This document shows, piece after piece, positions 12,424-25,903 of a stretch of DNA of 64,000 nt. The stretch spans positions 17,918,001 to 17,982,000 of the forward strand of contig NC_042997.1 of the NCBI RefSeq assembly GCF_006345805.1, given 5' to 3'. The notes under the pieces are model-generated. The model saw only the letters and a program-made list of their open reading frames with translations, was not told where the DNA came from and ran no database searches. Source of the stretch: Octopus sinensis (Eukaryota). Position 1 is the first letter of the stretch. Each line of letters begins with the position of its first letter. Position numbers and translations under genes: made by a program.

Positions 12424-12489
12424 CACACACACATACATATATACATACACACATGTATATATGTGTGTGACAACAGAATTGATATCCTG

Positions 12490-12680
12490 AAACCAAGGTG
12501 CCATGTAAAAAGCACTGGTGATGGTGCCACATAAAAAGCACCCAGTACGCTCTTTAAAGGGGTTGGTGTTAGGAAGGGCATTAAGCTGTAGAAATCATGC
12601 CAAAACGGAGAATGGAACATGGTGCAGACTCTGGCCTTGCCAACCATCCGACCCATGCCAGCATGGAAAACAGACATTAA
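12490..12680 (+). mobile_element. RTE 3'-tail fragment
   Basis: tggtgccacataaaaagcacccag...ttaggaagggcatt...ccaaccatccgacccatgccagcatggaaaacagacattaaata. Confidence 0.75.
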
Positions 12681-14387
12681 ATAATATATATATCTTGATA
12701 TGTGTGTGTGTGTGTCTTTGTGTTTGTCCCCTACCACTGTTTGACAATTGGTGTTGTATGTCTATATCCCTATAATTTAGTACTTTAGCAATAAAGACCA
12801 TTAGAATGAGTACCATGCTTAAAAGAAAAAGATAAAAGATAATGTTATCATAGTTTCTACTTTATAAAATCTCCAGTTCAATCATGTCTGTATATTAACT
12901 CATTTTTCATTAAAGTAGCCACAAGCTATATCATTGATTCATCATCATCATCATCATCATCATCAACAACGTTTAATGCCCGTTTTGTATGCGGGCATTG
13001 GTTGGACAGTTTGACAGGAGTAGCCAGCCGATGGGGCTGTGCAGACTCACTTCATAACCTTCATATAGTCAGCTGTTACTTTTACTCTCTACTTCTTATA
13101 TACATATTTTTTTTTGTAGCTTCTAGAATTCATCATGTTGCTATACAATAAAACATCCTTCAGTTTTCAGCTGTGAGATATGTGCTTCTCAGTGTGCTCT
13201 CAGTTTACTGATTTAGTAATTTTGCTTTGTTTAATTATATTAGTTGTTCACAGTGTAGATGCTTTCCTCTACTATATCTTCACATGACCTTTTGTGATTC
13301 CATTTTCAATTCTAATTTTTAGATAGTATATCGTTTTACTTGTTGTTTCTCTATTCTCTTCACAACTGCTTGTTACCTCAAATTGAGCTTACTTTTTGGT
13401 TTCCCTGAAGACAGTAAACTACAAAATATATAGCCTAGGTTGAATTTTTTTCTTTTTTTTACTGTAGAATACACCTATCTCATTATACTTGTGGTTGATG
13501 TAATCGTTTTCTGTTGGTATTTGGGTAGTATATTCTAAATGCAGTAGTTATTTTTTCTTGTCTGGTCTTTCATTTGTGAATATTATAACTATGACTTATT
13601 ATTGGAACCATTAGCATAACTGGTACCTCTATATATAATAAAGTGACAAATCGCAATTTGCTAAAGCTTGTAAACACAGGACAGTTGACTATGTTGATAT
13701 GCAAAGAATACAGCGCAACTGTAACTAAAACCAAAGACTACATTACTTGATTGCAAGCCAATCAGCCTTGATATAGTTTTTCTTTATGACAATTATTAAC
13801 ATTTAATTAATATTGATACTGAACAGAATGCAGAATATTGTCATTGTCACGTTTGTGCCCAATACATAATTATGTTATCCCAGTGCAATTATCTGTTTTT
13901 TTTTTTTTTTTTCATTTACTTGACAGCACAAAATAAAATATCTTTCCACTGAAATTTTGCTTGCAAATTTCATGTGTGTGAAGTTGGAACTGACAAATAA
14001 AATTTAATTTGAAAAAAATTAATTATATATGGCATGGTACTGAATTTTCCATGAACCATAAGTCCTGGTTTTGAACCATCCACAAGCTTTGTCATATGTT
14101 TAAAACTGGTTTACTCTCAAGTAACTGAAGCTGTGTCTTTGAGATAGCTATGGGTGAATAGTGGGCATGACTAAAGTAAGTCAGTATGTGAAGACTTTTC
14201 CCTATATTTACTGCATGACTATTTATTAAAATTTTATGTATTTTATGTATTGATTAAGTCTTTCCTTGTTTGTTTTGCAAAATAGTGGTTTTGTCTCTAA
14301 TAATATTTTATAATATTTTACTATAAAATTGGATTTAATCCTAAATCTGATTTTTTTCCCTGTAAATTTGGATTTATTCCCTAATAT

Positions 14388-14439
<52 letters not shown>

Positions 14440-14463
14440 GTGTGTATATCAGATCTCTCTTTC

Positions 14464-14503
<40 letters not shown>

Positions 14504-16559
14504 AATATATATATATATATTTATAAAATACTAAATAATAAGGAATAACTACAGAATATTGTTTTTCATATCAAAACATTAGTAATAATAAATATTGTAC
14601 TTTGTAATTTACTTGAAGCATTGTTATCTATAACCTGTTTATCAATTTGGACTTGAAGAAAAATGGATTTTTACACTTTCCCAATTTTGCATATTGTTAA
14701 TTGTCTTTTAATACCTCTTTATACTTATCTCTCTCATTGTTGTGCATTTTTATATAACAATTTCAGATTTTAAAAGAAAAAAAAACCTCTACAAACCTAC
14801 TAACAGGAATTGATCCACTCACCTATTTTTTATTTGGGAAATATGCTTCTATGCAAACTATGATGAATAGCTTACATCTATTCTCTATTAAACTGTTGAG
14901 AATTGGATCTTAGACTGAGACTGTGGCAAGAGAAATTAAAGTTTAATTGTTGAAGACTGATGTATAGCAGGATATATAATTGAAAAGATTCAAGTTATAT
15001 TGGAAAGGAAAGATTATATTGAGTGTATAATATAAGTTCATGAGTACTGAAACACAGATGGAGGTGATGATAAAATAGAAAGAAGAAACAAGTAAACTAT
15101 GGGTGATTAAAGTGGGGTAACATAGGGGCTGAAATTTTTGAATAGTAGCAGGTTTACCTAACAAGCAGGATGTCTTTTATGGATGATGTCTATAGTTTTA
15201 TATCTGTCATCAGGAAGACACTTCAACCAAGATGTGTTTGCAGATCCTTAAGGAGTAGAATAGTTGCTTTTAGTGAAAAACTTCAGATTTTTAAGAGATG
15301 AAATTTTATTCCTAAAGAGACATTCACCAATTTTAGTAGGTTACTATCTGTGGATAGATGAATAATGTAAGGTTTCCATAGGGTGTTACAAATAGTTGTT
15401 AGACCAAACAAATATGAACTTGTAGTATTATTTAATGTAGTAGTAGAGCACTAGATTTGCAATGATATGGTTTAGATTTCATATCCTCTTAGATTTTTCT
15501 CCACATTTCATCCTTTGGGATCCAGAAAAGTAGCATATGAACTGAGCAGGGTTTATAAGAACAGCTAATCCTAAATGTGTATGTCAAAGGATAGAAAATT
15601 TTCAGGCTAGATACACAGAAGATGGTGATTATTTTACTTACTGTACCCATAAATACAAGCTTTACGTTGTGTCACTATCATCTGTAGCTGTTTCTTGTTT
15701 ACTTAGTAGCTTTGTTCATGTCTTACTTCTCTCACCTGTGATTGAAAATGGTTCATTGCTATCACACAATTCCCCATTCATGTATGTTGGATCAACACAA
15801 AATCCTATTAACAGGTTATCTGTATTTCCCATAAACATGCACCGCTTTTCTTCTTTTAGAATATTTCATATATTATTTATTAAGGTGGAGAAGCTAAAAT
15901 CGAAACAGTGAAGATAACTGTAAGTAAAGCATTTCAGCTGAGCTTGCAATGAAAAACTTTTGTATGTTTTTACTGTTGCTGATATTGTTATAGCTGCTGC
16001 TACTGTCGTTGCAGTTATTCTTAAATAGCTTATGCCAGTTCATGCTAAGCAGATATGTGACATGGAAGTACTTGATGAAACACTTAGAATCAATTCACAA
16101 ACTAAACATGTCAGATAGGACTTAGCTTATTCACCCCTGATCCCATATTTTATCAACCCCGCACGGATTTGTTTTATCCATCATGGAAGGATAAAAGGCT
16201 AATTCAATCTTTTGGCTTCAATATTTGATAAAGTGACTTAGATCCATTCTAAAAATGGTAGAGCCAACAAGGAAAAGAACTTTTTTCATATCACTTGTAT
16301 ATGAATTTCCTTTTATTCTCAGTGGAGTTAAATTTGATTTCTCTCTTGTGAATAAAACATTATCATTAACAACAACAACAACAACCATTGTTGTCAATAT
16401 TATCACAACTCATTCTTACCAAAACTGAACAAACACACATAACCATCAAAAGTTTTTAAAAACTAGCTAACTGTGGCAATAAATTTAAAATCTAACCAAG
16501 CTACTAATAATGCTAATAAAGAAATGAGATTATTAAGGTTATAGGATAAAATTTAAGTT

Positions 16560-16900
16560 TTGGAAGCTATTTCTAGTAGCTCTGTAAAGGTCCCTTGTTC
16601 TGCAGGTATTTTGCTGTGTAATGGATCACTTTTACAAATATGTGAAAAGTTATTGGGAAGAAAATGGCAGAATTGCATGTGGAGTAGTCATACTGAAAAA
16701 GGAGTAAGATATGGCATGGGGTATCTTCGCGGATGGACATTATGGGTAGAGTCATCTGATTTCAGGAATCAAAGGTGAATGAGGCCTTTAAATGTGTAAT
16801 TTCATCAGAAGGTTCTTGAGTCAGATACAGTGAAGACATTTCTAAAAGTAGTTGGCAGTGTCATAAAATTACTTCTACATGTAGTTGAATGTTTTCATAC
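16560..16900 (+). pseudogene. Highly decayed non-LTR (CR1/L2/Jockey-like) RT remnant; a similar remnant is possible at ~15150-15360
   Basis: Across stops and frameshifts the translation reads WEENGRIACGVVILKK...SGIKGE...RRFLSQ...VGSVIKLLL, paralleling the LINE RT GVFLDLKKAFD...GI.G..L.W..SFL...QGSVLSPLLF series. Confidence 0.4.
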
Positions 16901-18618
16901 AACAGTGTAGCCATGTGCACAAATAAGTAAGTATGTAGGTGAGAGAGAGAAGCAGAGGCAGAAGAAAATTATTGAAGTTTAGTGCCAGACCAAATCTGAT
17001 TGAGCAGACTTACGATTAAAGCCATTTTTGACAGAGACTATTCAGTCTTTATGTATATATACTACTTTGTTCAGTGTATTCTTCATTGTTCATGATGGTA
17101 AGATGGGATATGAGTAAGATTTGGTTGCATGAACATAGAATATTCTTTGCTGGTTTGTAGATCACCTGACTAGTTTCTGTTTTTTGTTACATAAAATATC
17201 TAGCAAATTTTTGGTGTTTAACAAACAATATTCTTTTTCACTGTTGGATCCTAAATGTGTTTTCCCACACTAATGTCTGATTTGGTAATTTTCAACTTTC
17301 AAAAACTGATGTCTAAAATGGGGTAAAATGAGTAATGACTAATTTAAATACTTTCTTCTCTTTAACTGCATGCTGTTAAAAGAAGAAAATGATGCAAGAC
17401 TTCAAGCAGAAAGTTTAAGAATTATTGTAAATAAAGAAAATTAATATAATTTTGTGGGGTACTCTGTGAGTACGAATTTGCCTCATACTCCATTGTATAG
17501 TTCGGTAGGCTTCTATGGTCGATGCTCTTTGTAATGTCAACCATTTTACAGAATGTACTTGGGTCCTTTTTTCGTGGCACCCAGCATTAGTGAAGATTGT
17601 CTTATAACATGCACGGCTAGGGGCCTAAAGTGGCACCTATAAATGAAAGAAAATAGAAGAATAGGTAATGATTACAGAAAGCAAAAAGATGATAGTGAAG
17701 AAACATTAACTGTAATACATGACAAGTGCTTTATTTTCCAGCCATCAAAGGAAGAAATGAAATTTTGATCACAGTAGCAGAATTTAAACTCAGCTTGCAA
17801 AAAGATAGAACAAATACCACAAAGCATTTCATCCAATGCTCTAGCAACTATACAATCAACAAAATATATATACATATACATATTTATATATAACACGCAC
17901 ACACACACACACATAAATATATATATATGTATATATATATACACATTACATATACACATATATATTTATATATACTTAACATATATACATATAAATATTT
18001 ATATATACATAACATATATACGTATATGCATACACACATACACACATATGTCTGTGAGAGAAAGTGTAGCTCATGAAAGAATAGAATGAAATATAATAAC
18101 AAACACAATGTAGTCAGTATCACTATTTACCTTCATTATTAGAAAATAAACAGAAATGGAAGGGAATATCCAGGACTATAGAAGCAGGAATTAGTGGCAG
18201 TGAAATCCAGTTTGAATTAGATAAATAAATCCTGCCCTTGAGTATAGTAGATTACCTTATGTAACTTATGGAATAATTATTAATTCTTCTTTTCTTTCAA
18301 GCTGTGTTTCTTTCTTTTACTTGGTAGTCAGGAGGAAAGGGATTGTACCCATGACCTTTGCAAGAACTTCTAGACCAATGAGCTTGGTGCCTTTAATGTT
18401 CTGTTTAAACAGTTGCAAGAAAGGCACATACAAGAAAGATATGAAGAGAGAGAAGATTCCAGAGAGATAATATTCTAGGAAGTAAGGACAATGAATAGTG
18501 ATCAGTGCAGGGTCACAGGGGGTGGGGCTGGAAACAACAAGGTGATGATAAGTGAAGTGAAAGTAGATTGAGGTTGCTTGAGTGGTGAAGGTATAAGAGT
18601 AGAACAAATGTAATTATA

Positions 18619-19879
18619 CGAGGGACGTTCAATAAGTAATGCCTCTGACCCATTTGCAGTTGTTTGATCTAGCTGAAATTTTGCATGTGCAATCATTTAT
18701 ATCTCTATAGAGTAAGTGACAAATTACAGCTCTGAATTAATTGTGGTTTCTGATTTACAGGTGTTTGAACTGAGTCAAGTGTGAAATGGAGCCTGTTGAG
18801 TGTCGAGCAGTGATCCAGTTTTTGCATTTGAAAGGACGCACACCATGGGAGACTTTTGATGAAATAAAAGTAAATTATGGTGATGATGCCCCATCATATG
18901 ACCTTGTAAAACGCTGGCATCCTGAATTCAAACATGGTCGGAACTCTGTGGAAACAGCTCCCAGATCTGGTCGGCCCCTTCTGCCATTGATGAGGCATCT
19001 GTCCGTCAAGTTGAGGCTGCCATATTGGAAGATCGACGCATAATTATTCGCCAAATAGCCCATGAGGTCAAGATTAGTACCGGGTCTGTGGAAACTATCA
19101 TTCATAACCATTTGCATATGCAAAAGGTGTCTGCCAGATGGATTCCCAGGCTGCTCATGCCTTTCCAGAAGCAAGAACGCGTCGAGTGCTCGAGGATGAA
19201 TTTGGAGATGTGCCAAGAAGATGAGTCAAAATTTTTCAAAAGACTGATTACACAAGATGAAACCTGGGTCCATCACGATGATCCAGAGACCAAAGCCCAG
19301 TCAATGCAGTGGAAGCACCGTGACTTACCCCCTCCAAAGAAGGCAAGGGTGCAGCCCTCTGCTGGCAAGGTCATGCTCACAGTCTTCTGGGACCAGGACG
19401 GAGTAGTGATGACAGATTTCCTGGCAAAGGTTACCACAATTACAGGAGCCTATTATGCTTCACTTTTGAGGAAATTAAGAAATCAGCAAAGGCATCCTCC
19501 TCTTGCAGGACAACGCTCCGGTCCACAACTCGCTTGTCGCCAGATCAGAAGCACAGGCGTATGGCTATGAACTCCTCCCCCACCTCCCTACTTTCCTGAC
19601 CTTGCACCTCTGATTTTTACCTCTTCCCAGTCATGAAGTTGTTTTTGAAAGGAAAGCGGTTCCCAGATGATGCAGCCTTGATTTCTGAAGTCGCGTTCAG
19701 GTTGGAGGACCAAGCTGGGGTCTTCTACAAAAACGGTCTCCAGAGCTGCATCGAACGATGAGAGAAATGCGTAACTCTGGGTGGTTCCTATGTAGAAAAA
19801 GTCTAATAACTGTGCCAAGTTTTGTTGCTCTACTCCTATAGGAAGTGGGTCAGGGGCATTACTTATTGAACGCCCCTCG
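18619..19879 (+). mobile_element. Mariner (DD34D-type) DNA transposon, full span, non-functional
   Basis: 34-bp TIRs CGAGGG(A/G)CGTTCAATAAGTAATGCC(T/C)CTGACCCA with 2 mismatches; TA TSD at 18617-18 and 19880-81; 1261 bp. Confidence 0.97.
18786..19806 (+). pseudogene. Mariner transposase pseudogene
   Basis: RAVIQFLHLKG, PRSGRP, RWIPRLL, ITQDETWVHH, FWDQDGVV, LQDNAPVH and a degenerate YSPDLAPSDF. Frameshift near 18978, deletion near 19478, further indels and a W-to-stop change. Confidence 0.92.
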
Positions 19880-20693
19880 TAATACAGAATATAAGACGAT
19901 CAAACTCTGAGGTATGAAACCAGTCAGCTCTGTGGAACAATGTCTAAATAGCTTCTAAATAAAAGTCGTAATAACAAAAATTAAAATAAAATTTTTGTCT
20001 TGAAAACATACTTATTAGGTACTTGTTGAATTTCAAATTTCTTTCAGTATTTGTCATTGGCTAACTAATCAGTGAACCAAAAAACAAAAAAAACTGAAGT
20101 AGTTATAACTTAAAAGTGTTTTGTGATAAAGTTTTTCTTACTTTCCAAGCAGAGGGTTCTTTTTATTTGTTATTTTTTTTGCAACATTTATTTTTGAAGA
20201 ATATCTTTCTGCTGCTATGTATTTTTTTAGCAGTTTTATCGATAACTTTGATAGGGATAAAATATATATTGTAAAGGAGAAAACTAGTCTAGTTATATGT
20301 GAAAGTTTATTTATTGTGATGATTTATACCTTAAAAGTATGTGATAAAAATGTATAAACCAAAGGACAAAAGTACAAAAGTTTATTCTCAAAAGTTTTGA
20401 AACCCATGAAAAATAAATATCTTGATCAATTCAATTAAGGCATATTGTTACTGATATATTTAATTTATACTTTCTGTTTTATCTATATATTTTTTATCTT
20501 CTAATTTTTCATATATATATATATATATTGCAGTAAGTTGGCAAACAAAACATGAAATAATGTTTCTTTTTAAAAAAAAAAAATAAGGAAAAACGATAAC
20601 AGTTCTATCAAATAATAGTTTTGCTGTATCAATATTGCATAAGATTCATTTTAGAAATTGCAGCTGATTAATTCTATTGAAAAACAATTTTAT

Positions 20694-20724
<31 letters not shown>

Positions 20725-21509
20725 CTATTTTATTTTATTTTTTGTATGATGTATGTATTCATAATATACACCTCTGAATCTTTCAGAATAAATGGTGGCT
20801 GTTGATAAGAAAAAAACCCCTATTCTGAGATATTCATAATCAAACAAAAGAAATTATTCTAGTGCTGCCACAAAAAATATGTTACTGTATAAGAATCTAC
20901 AAGTGAGATCAGAACAAGGTTTTCTTTATTTTCTCTTTCCCATGATATAAAATGCAAATATCAGTATATTTCACATCATTATTTTGACCCCAAAAAATAG
21001 AAAAAAGAAAATATAAACACACAGATGGTGTCATATAATATATATTTGTGTGTCAATAATATCATGTAAAATATCACAAAATAAGGAGACATATCAAGGC
21101 TTGACTATATATGTACAAATGTGAATAGAGGAAACTAATGCATGTAGGAAGATGCTTAAATAATCCTTTTAGCATACGATTTAAGGCAAAACAAATACTA
21201 TTTAAGTTAAAACAAATAACTATTTGTTACAATATTAAATATTGATCTTTGATATAAGCACAAGAATAAAAATCTTTAGAAAAAGCAAAAGTTGACAAAC
21301 TTAACTGGTACTTTATTTTAACACCCCAGAAAGGAGAAAAGATGAAGTCAACCTCAGTAGAGTTTGAATACAGAATGTAAAGACACATAACTAAATTCTG
21401 CAAAGTATTCTATTAATAAAATAGTTCTATAATGATTTTGCCAATCCACTGCCCTGATATGAGTAAATTTTAAATAGAAAATATAATATCATCATCACCA
21501 TCATCGTTT

Positions 21510-21672
21510 AAAGTCCGTTTTCCATGCTAGCATGGGTTGGACGGTTCGACCAGGGTCTGGTAAGCCTGAAGGCTGCACCAGGCTTCAGTCTGATCTGGCA
21601 GTGTTTCTACAGCTGGATGCCCTTCCTAACGCCAACCACTCCGTGAGTGTAGTGGGTGTTTATTTACGTACC
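21510..21672 (-). mobile_element. RTE 3'-tail copy (young, CpG-retaining)
   Basis: catcatcatcgtttaaagtccgttttccatgctagcatgggttggacgg...ggatgcccttcctaacgccaacc is the reverse complement of the LINE tail. Confidence 0.85.
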
Positions 21673-22489
21673 ACCGACATAGACAATATATTCTTGCTAA
21701 ACAAAATGAGAACCTATTTTAAGGACTACTGAACCTCTTCAATTTTCCCAGTGTCTTCCCTAAACCTCCTCCTTTAGATGTGATGAGATAATTTTATGTA
21801 ATTGAAATCATATTATCATTAGATAAATCAAATCTGACATAGGTATCAATCATGATTTTCTAATTAATAAAAGACTACTTTTAACAAATTAATTTCTTCA
21901 GAAATAATACATCAATCTGTTATTTGATATTCTTTTTGATTTAAAATTACATGCATTGATTCACCATTATTTGGTTGAATTTTTGAGATATGTTTATATT
22001 AGCATTGATGGAAGAGTTTTCAAACTGAAATATATCCTCTCTTAACTCCCTTTTCAATCTTCTAACTCTGTTATTTTCTTAAACACATTTCAAGCATTTT
22101 AGTTTCCATTTCTTATCATGTGTCATTTATGTATGTATATTCTCATGCAATGATCAAAATAAGAGTTGCATCACTCCTAAGTATTATGTAATTGATATGT
22201 ATTGCAAAGGAATAAGCACATCAATCATCACATGCAGTCCAATCCACATGATGACTGTTGACTAAGACAATTGGAAAATCTGATCTAAAGTAGGATATAT
22301 TAAAGAATTTTATGAGTAAGCTGAAAAAGAAGAGGTAACTACCACAAACTTTATGAGACTTCATGGACTAATAAGATTGATATAATTGATGTTCAGATTG
22401 AGCTCTTGTGTAATAACACATGTAGGGAAAATTATAAGCCGCAAAGAAATTCAATAGGATTAGAGTTTCATTAAGATATAGGAATTTCA

Positions 22490-22880
22490 ACTGTGTTTCA
22501 TGGTCTGCTACCACAACAGCTCCTGTATAGGATCCAGTTAGCTCAAGACATCATCAGAAGGAACCATGTCCGGTTTCGGCCCCTATTCCTCTACCATTTT
22601 GACGTGGCGGGTCACCCCGCTTTCGGAGGTGTCTTCAGCTCTGGTATTGGGTGCATGTCTTCTTTCTTCTGTTCCCTGGCCTCTTTGATGTAGCGTCAAT
22701 GAGTGTCAGCAGGCGATTGACTGTCTTGTGAAATTTCCCTTTAAATACCTGCTGCTAGGCTCCAGCAGAAAGCCCCAGCAAGTTATCACGTGACACTGTC
22801 TCAACTTTAACTGACCAATGAAGGCACGTAGTCTCAGCCCATGCATTCTCTAAAGGATACCATCACCTGTCAATCAGTGA
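22490..22880 (-). mobile_element. GC/CpG-rich retroelement terminal fragment, Penelope-like
   Basis: CCAAT (22815-19), CACGTG (22787-92) and TATTTAAA (22740-47) motifs, followed on the minus strand by GC hairpins and hammerhead-like CTGAAGA/CTGATGA and GAAAC cores. Confidence 0.45.
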
Positions 22881-25725
22881 AGTTAATTCAGTGTCAGCTT
22901 GTCTCACCTATTGATGTTATTTTCTGGTGGCATGTTATGACTTTCAAGACAAATATAGTGAAAGTGATAAGAAGCGAAGAACTAAATAATAAATTCTACT
23001 ATTGTTGCTAAAATGTAAGTGCTAAGCAGCTTGCTAAATCATAGGAATAGAGGCCTTTGTTATAATAGATAGAAGAAACTGTGTGTCTATAAGACAGTTC
23101 TCATTATTTAGTGCCATTCTGGGGTATTCTAGGTTCTATCATTTAAATGTATTTTTAGAAATAGTTTATCAAGAATTTATTATTCAATACATCTTTCCTT
23201 TATGAAAGACAATAAGGTGCAATTTAAGAGGAGATTCAGATCCTATTTCTAGATGGTCAAATACTATGACACAGTTGTTGTATATTTGTTAATTGGCTAA
23301 AGAGTAAGTGTTTTTGATGCAGTCTGGGATATTTGAGTGGTAGGTTTAAGACTGCAGTTATTTTAAAATTAACTCTTGCCCCTTAAGTATCTTTAATGTC
23401 TTTCTTTTAATTATAAGTATTAGGATAATGATTCCACTTTGTATATACCATAATTTCTCAATATACTGCTTCTTGCTCCATTTTATTTTGTGCTGTGCCA
23501 CTAATTATCACTCATTAGAAACCTTTTTGTGGATGGTCTACAAAATATTGGTTCAAACTTTTCAGTAAACCTGCACATATATTACTGGTGCATAATCCAG
23601 TAGCTTCTGTTGTCCAGTTTTGGATAAGTGTTTCTCTTCAACAAGCAGAGGATTTAGAGAAATCCTCTTATACTGACTTACCTGATTTCTAACTAGGCTA
23701 TTCATAAAGATTAGATAAAGTTGTTAGCAACATGTCATAAGCTATTGTTTATTCTTTTCTGTCAACAAAATGTTTGCCTTCAAAACTATGAAAACTCTTG
23801 TAAAAAAGAACAAGTGTAATATTTAAATTTCATTTGGATACTATAAGGATGAAAGGCAACTAAACTGTTCAAAATGGCTTTTAACAAGAAAAAAGTGAAG
23901 AGCCTTCCCTTTCCCAATGGAAAGATAAGGTTAGAAGTTCAAAAGATTATTTCATTAGTTTAATTCATTATGTTTGAAAAGAAAATGCTTATTAGATTTA
24001 CTCTTTCTATCAAAGTGCAAATTAAGTTTGCAAAGAGTGCAAACAAGAAGCAGGTGGATGGTGTGAAAAATGTTGACATGCCACTCTTCAAATTACAAAA
24101 TAGTTCAACAAGATGAGTTAGAAAGACATACAAGTATTAATAAAGACACACATTTTGAAAAAAATTTGATCTTAATTAAGCTTTATTTATTGGGTTTGAA
24201 AATCTGGTGAAAATAATGTGATGGTGAAGTTCTATATAGTTATTCAACATGCTAGAAATAGTAACCAAATTTAATATAAGGAATAATTAAATATCAGGTT
24301 ATTTATTCATATTTCTTTCCTAATTATTCTGTAGATATGATCATGCAAACTTCTATTTATTTACCTATGATCACAGTCACTTTAGCAGTTACAATCCTGT
24401 CTTTTAGGAATATGTAGGTCTTCATTATCTCATATATTTTTACTTTATTTAAGACAATACAGAGATAGTTGAATGAGATCTGACAGCTATTTCTAGCAAG
24501 TCAGCTGATTTTGTACATGTTCTCTCATTTGCTTGCTGTTGACAAAATTCTTATTCTTCATAACAAGCGGTTAGGTACTCTGTCAAATCCACTAAGTACT
24601 TCAGAAATTTAGTATGTTGAATATTTAGTAGTTGAAGGCAGCAAATTAGCAGATTTGTTAGATGTCAGAATACCTTACAGTATTTGCTCTGACTCCACTG
24701 TTTGCAAGTAATTGGGCTAGAGCCCTGGTTTAAGGTTACCTTCTTCCCTTTTAACACTCTCAGAGTCCCTTTATTCATAGGCACTGATTTTCTTACTGAC
24801 TAAAAGCTAGAAAATAACCTACAATAAAAAAACCTCTTCAAAGTACTAGATATTTTTCTCACATGACATTATATTTCCTTATTGGTGTTATCCTCTTTGC
24901 TTGATGTTTTTAGATTTTAAATACCCACCAGAGTGAGTATTTGTTTGCTAATTGTCAGGTAATCTTGATTCATCAAACGTTTGACTCATTGTATCATATA
25001 TGTGTGACTCTAACATATCTGTAGTTAACTATGCTTTACATAAGTCAGTGAGGAAGCATCTACATGGTCTTCATAAGTGCAAGAAATAGCAGTAAAATCT
25101 GCTCTCTATGACTCACTAACATCTGTTGGAAAGAAGCACATATTGGATAATATAGTCTTAGATACACTATGGGAAAAATATATGGCCTAGTGGTTAGATT
25201 GCTTGGTTTAGGGTTGTGGATTTGATACCAAGACTAAGTAATGCATTGTGTCTTTAGAAAGGCACACCATTTCTTGTTATTCTAGTCCACACACCTGCAA
25301 ATGTGCTGCATCTGATGCAGATTGGCATCTTATAGAATATTGTTCCAAACTCCTCAAATGCAAGATGTTGATGGCCCTTGATGACTATGGCACACTGGTT
25401 GCTGAGGTATCATGTAGGATCTCTGGTGATCAATGTTGATCATGCATTTGCACATTTATGTGGCCCAAGGGGAAAGGTCCTGATTTGGGTCAGTATAACT
25501 TGGCACCAGTGGCTTTCAGGCATCTCGATCAATACACAAAGAGCTGGAACAAATACAACAAGCCATCTCACCTGACCTTTCAGCAGTTCTGCCAATCCAC
25601 TACTGACCAGGACTGATACTTTTTATCGATCTCAAAAGAAAGGCACAGTCGAAATTAGTTGGATTTTAACTCAGAATCTCAGGAGACAGAGGGTCAAAAC
25701 AAATACTATATAGTATTCAATCTAA

Positions 25726-25903
25726 CGTCTATCGTTACGTTCTGAGTTCAAATTCCGCCGAGGTCAACTTTGCCTTTCATCCTTTTAGGGGTCGATAAAT
25801 AAAGTACCAGTTTCGCACTAGGGTCGATGTAATCGACTTAATCCTTTTGTCTGTCCTTGTCTGTCCCCTCTATGTTTAGCCCCTTGTGGGCAATAAAGAA
25901 ATA
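25726..25903 (+). mobile_element. Young 5'-truncated SINE family B (long-tail form) with 19-bp TSD, nested in an older antiparallel copy
   Basis: TATATAGTATTCAATCTAA at 25707-25725 and 25904-25922; CpGs retained. Confidence 0.9.

Noticed and set aside
15736-15853. Minus-strand exon candidate EKRCMFMGNTDNLLIGFCVDPTYMNGELCDSNEPFSIT with GTGAG donor
   Set aside because: Poor acceptor, in-frame stop just upstream, no recognised homology or consistent partner exons.
16606-16703. Exon-like VFCCVMDHFYKYVKSYWEENGRIACGVVILKK with good splice sites
   Set aside because: The flanking degenerate translation continues like a LINE reverse transcriptase, so it is probably a fossil retroelement.
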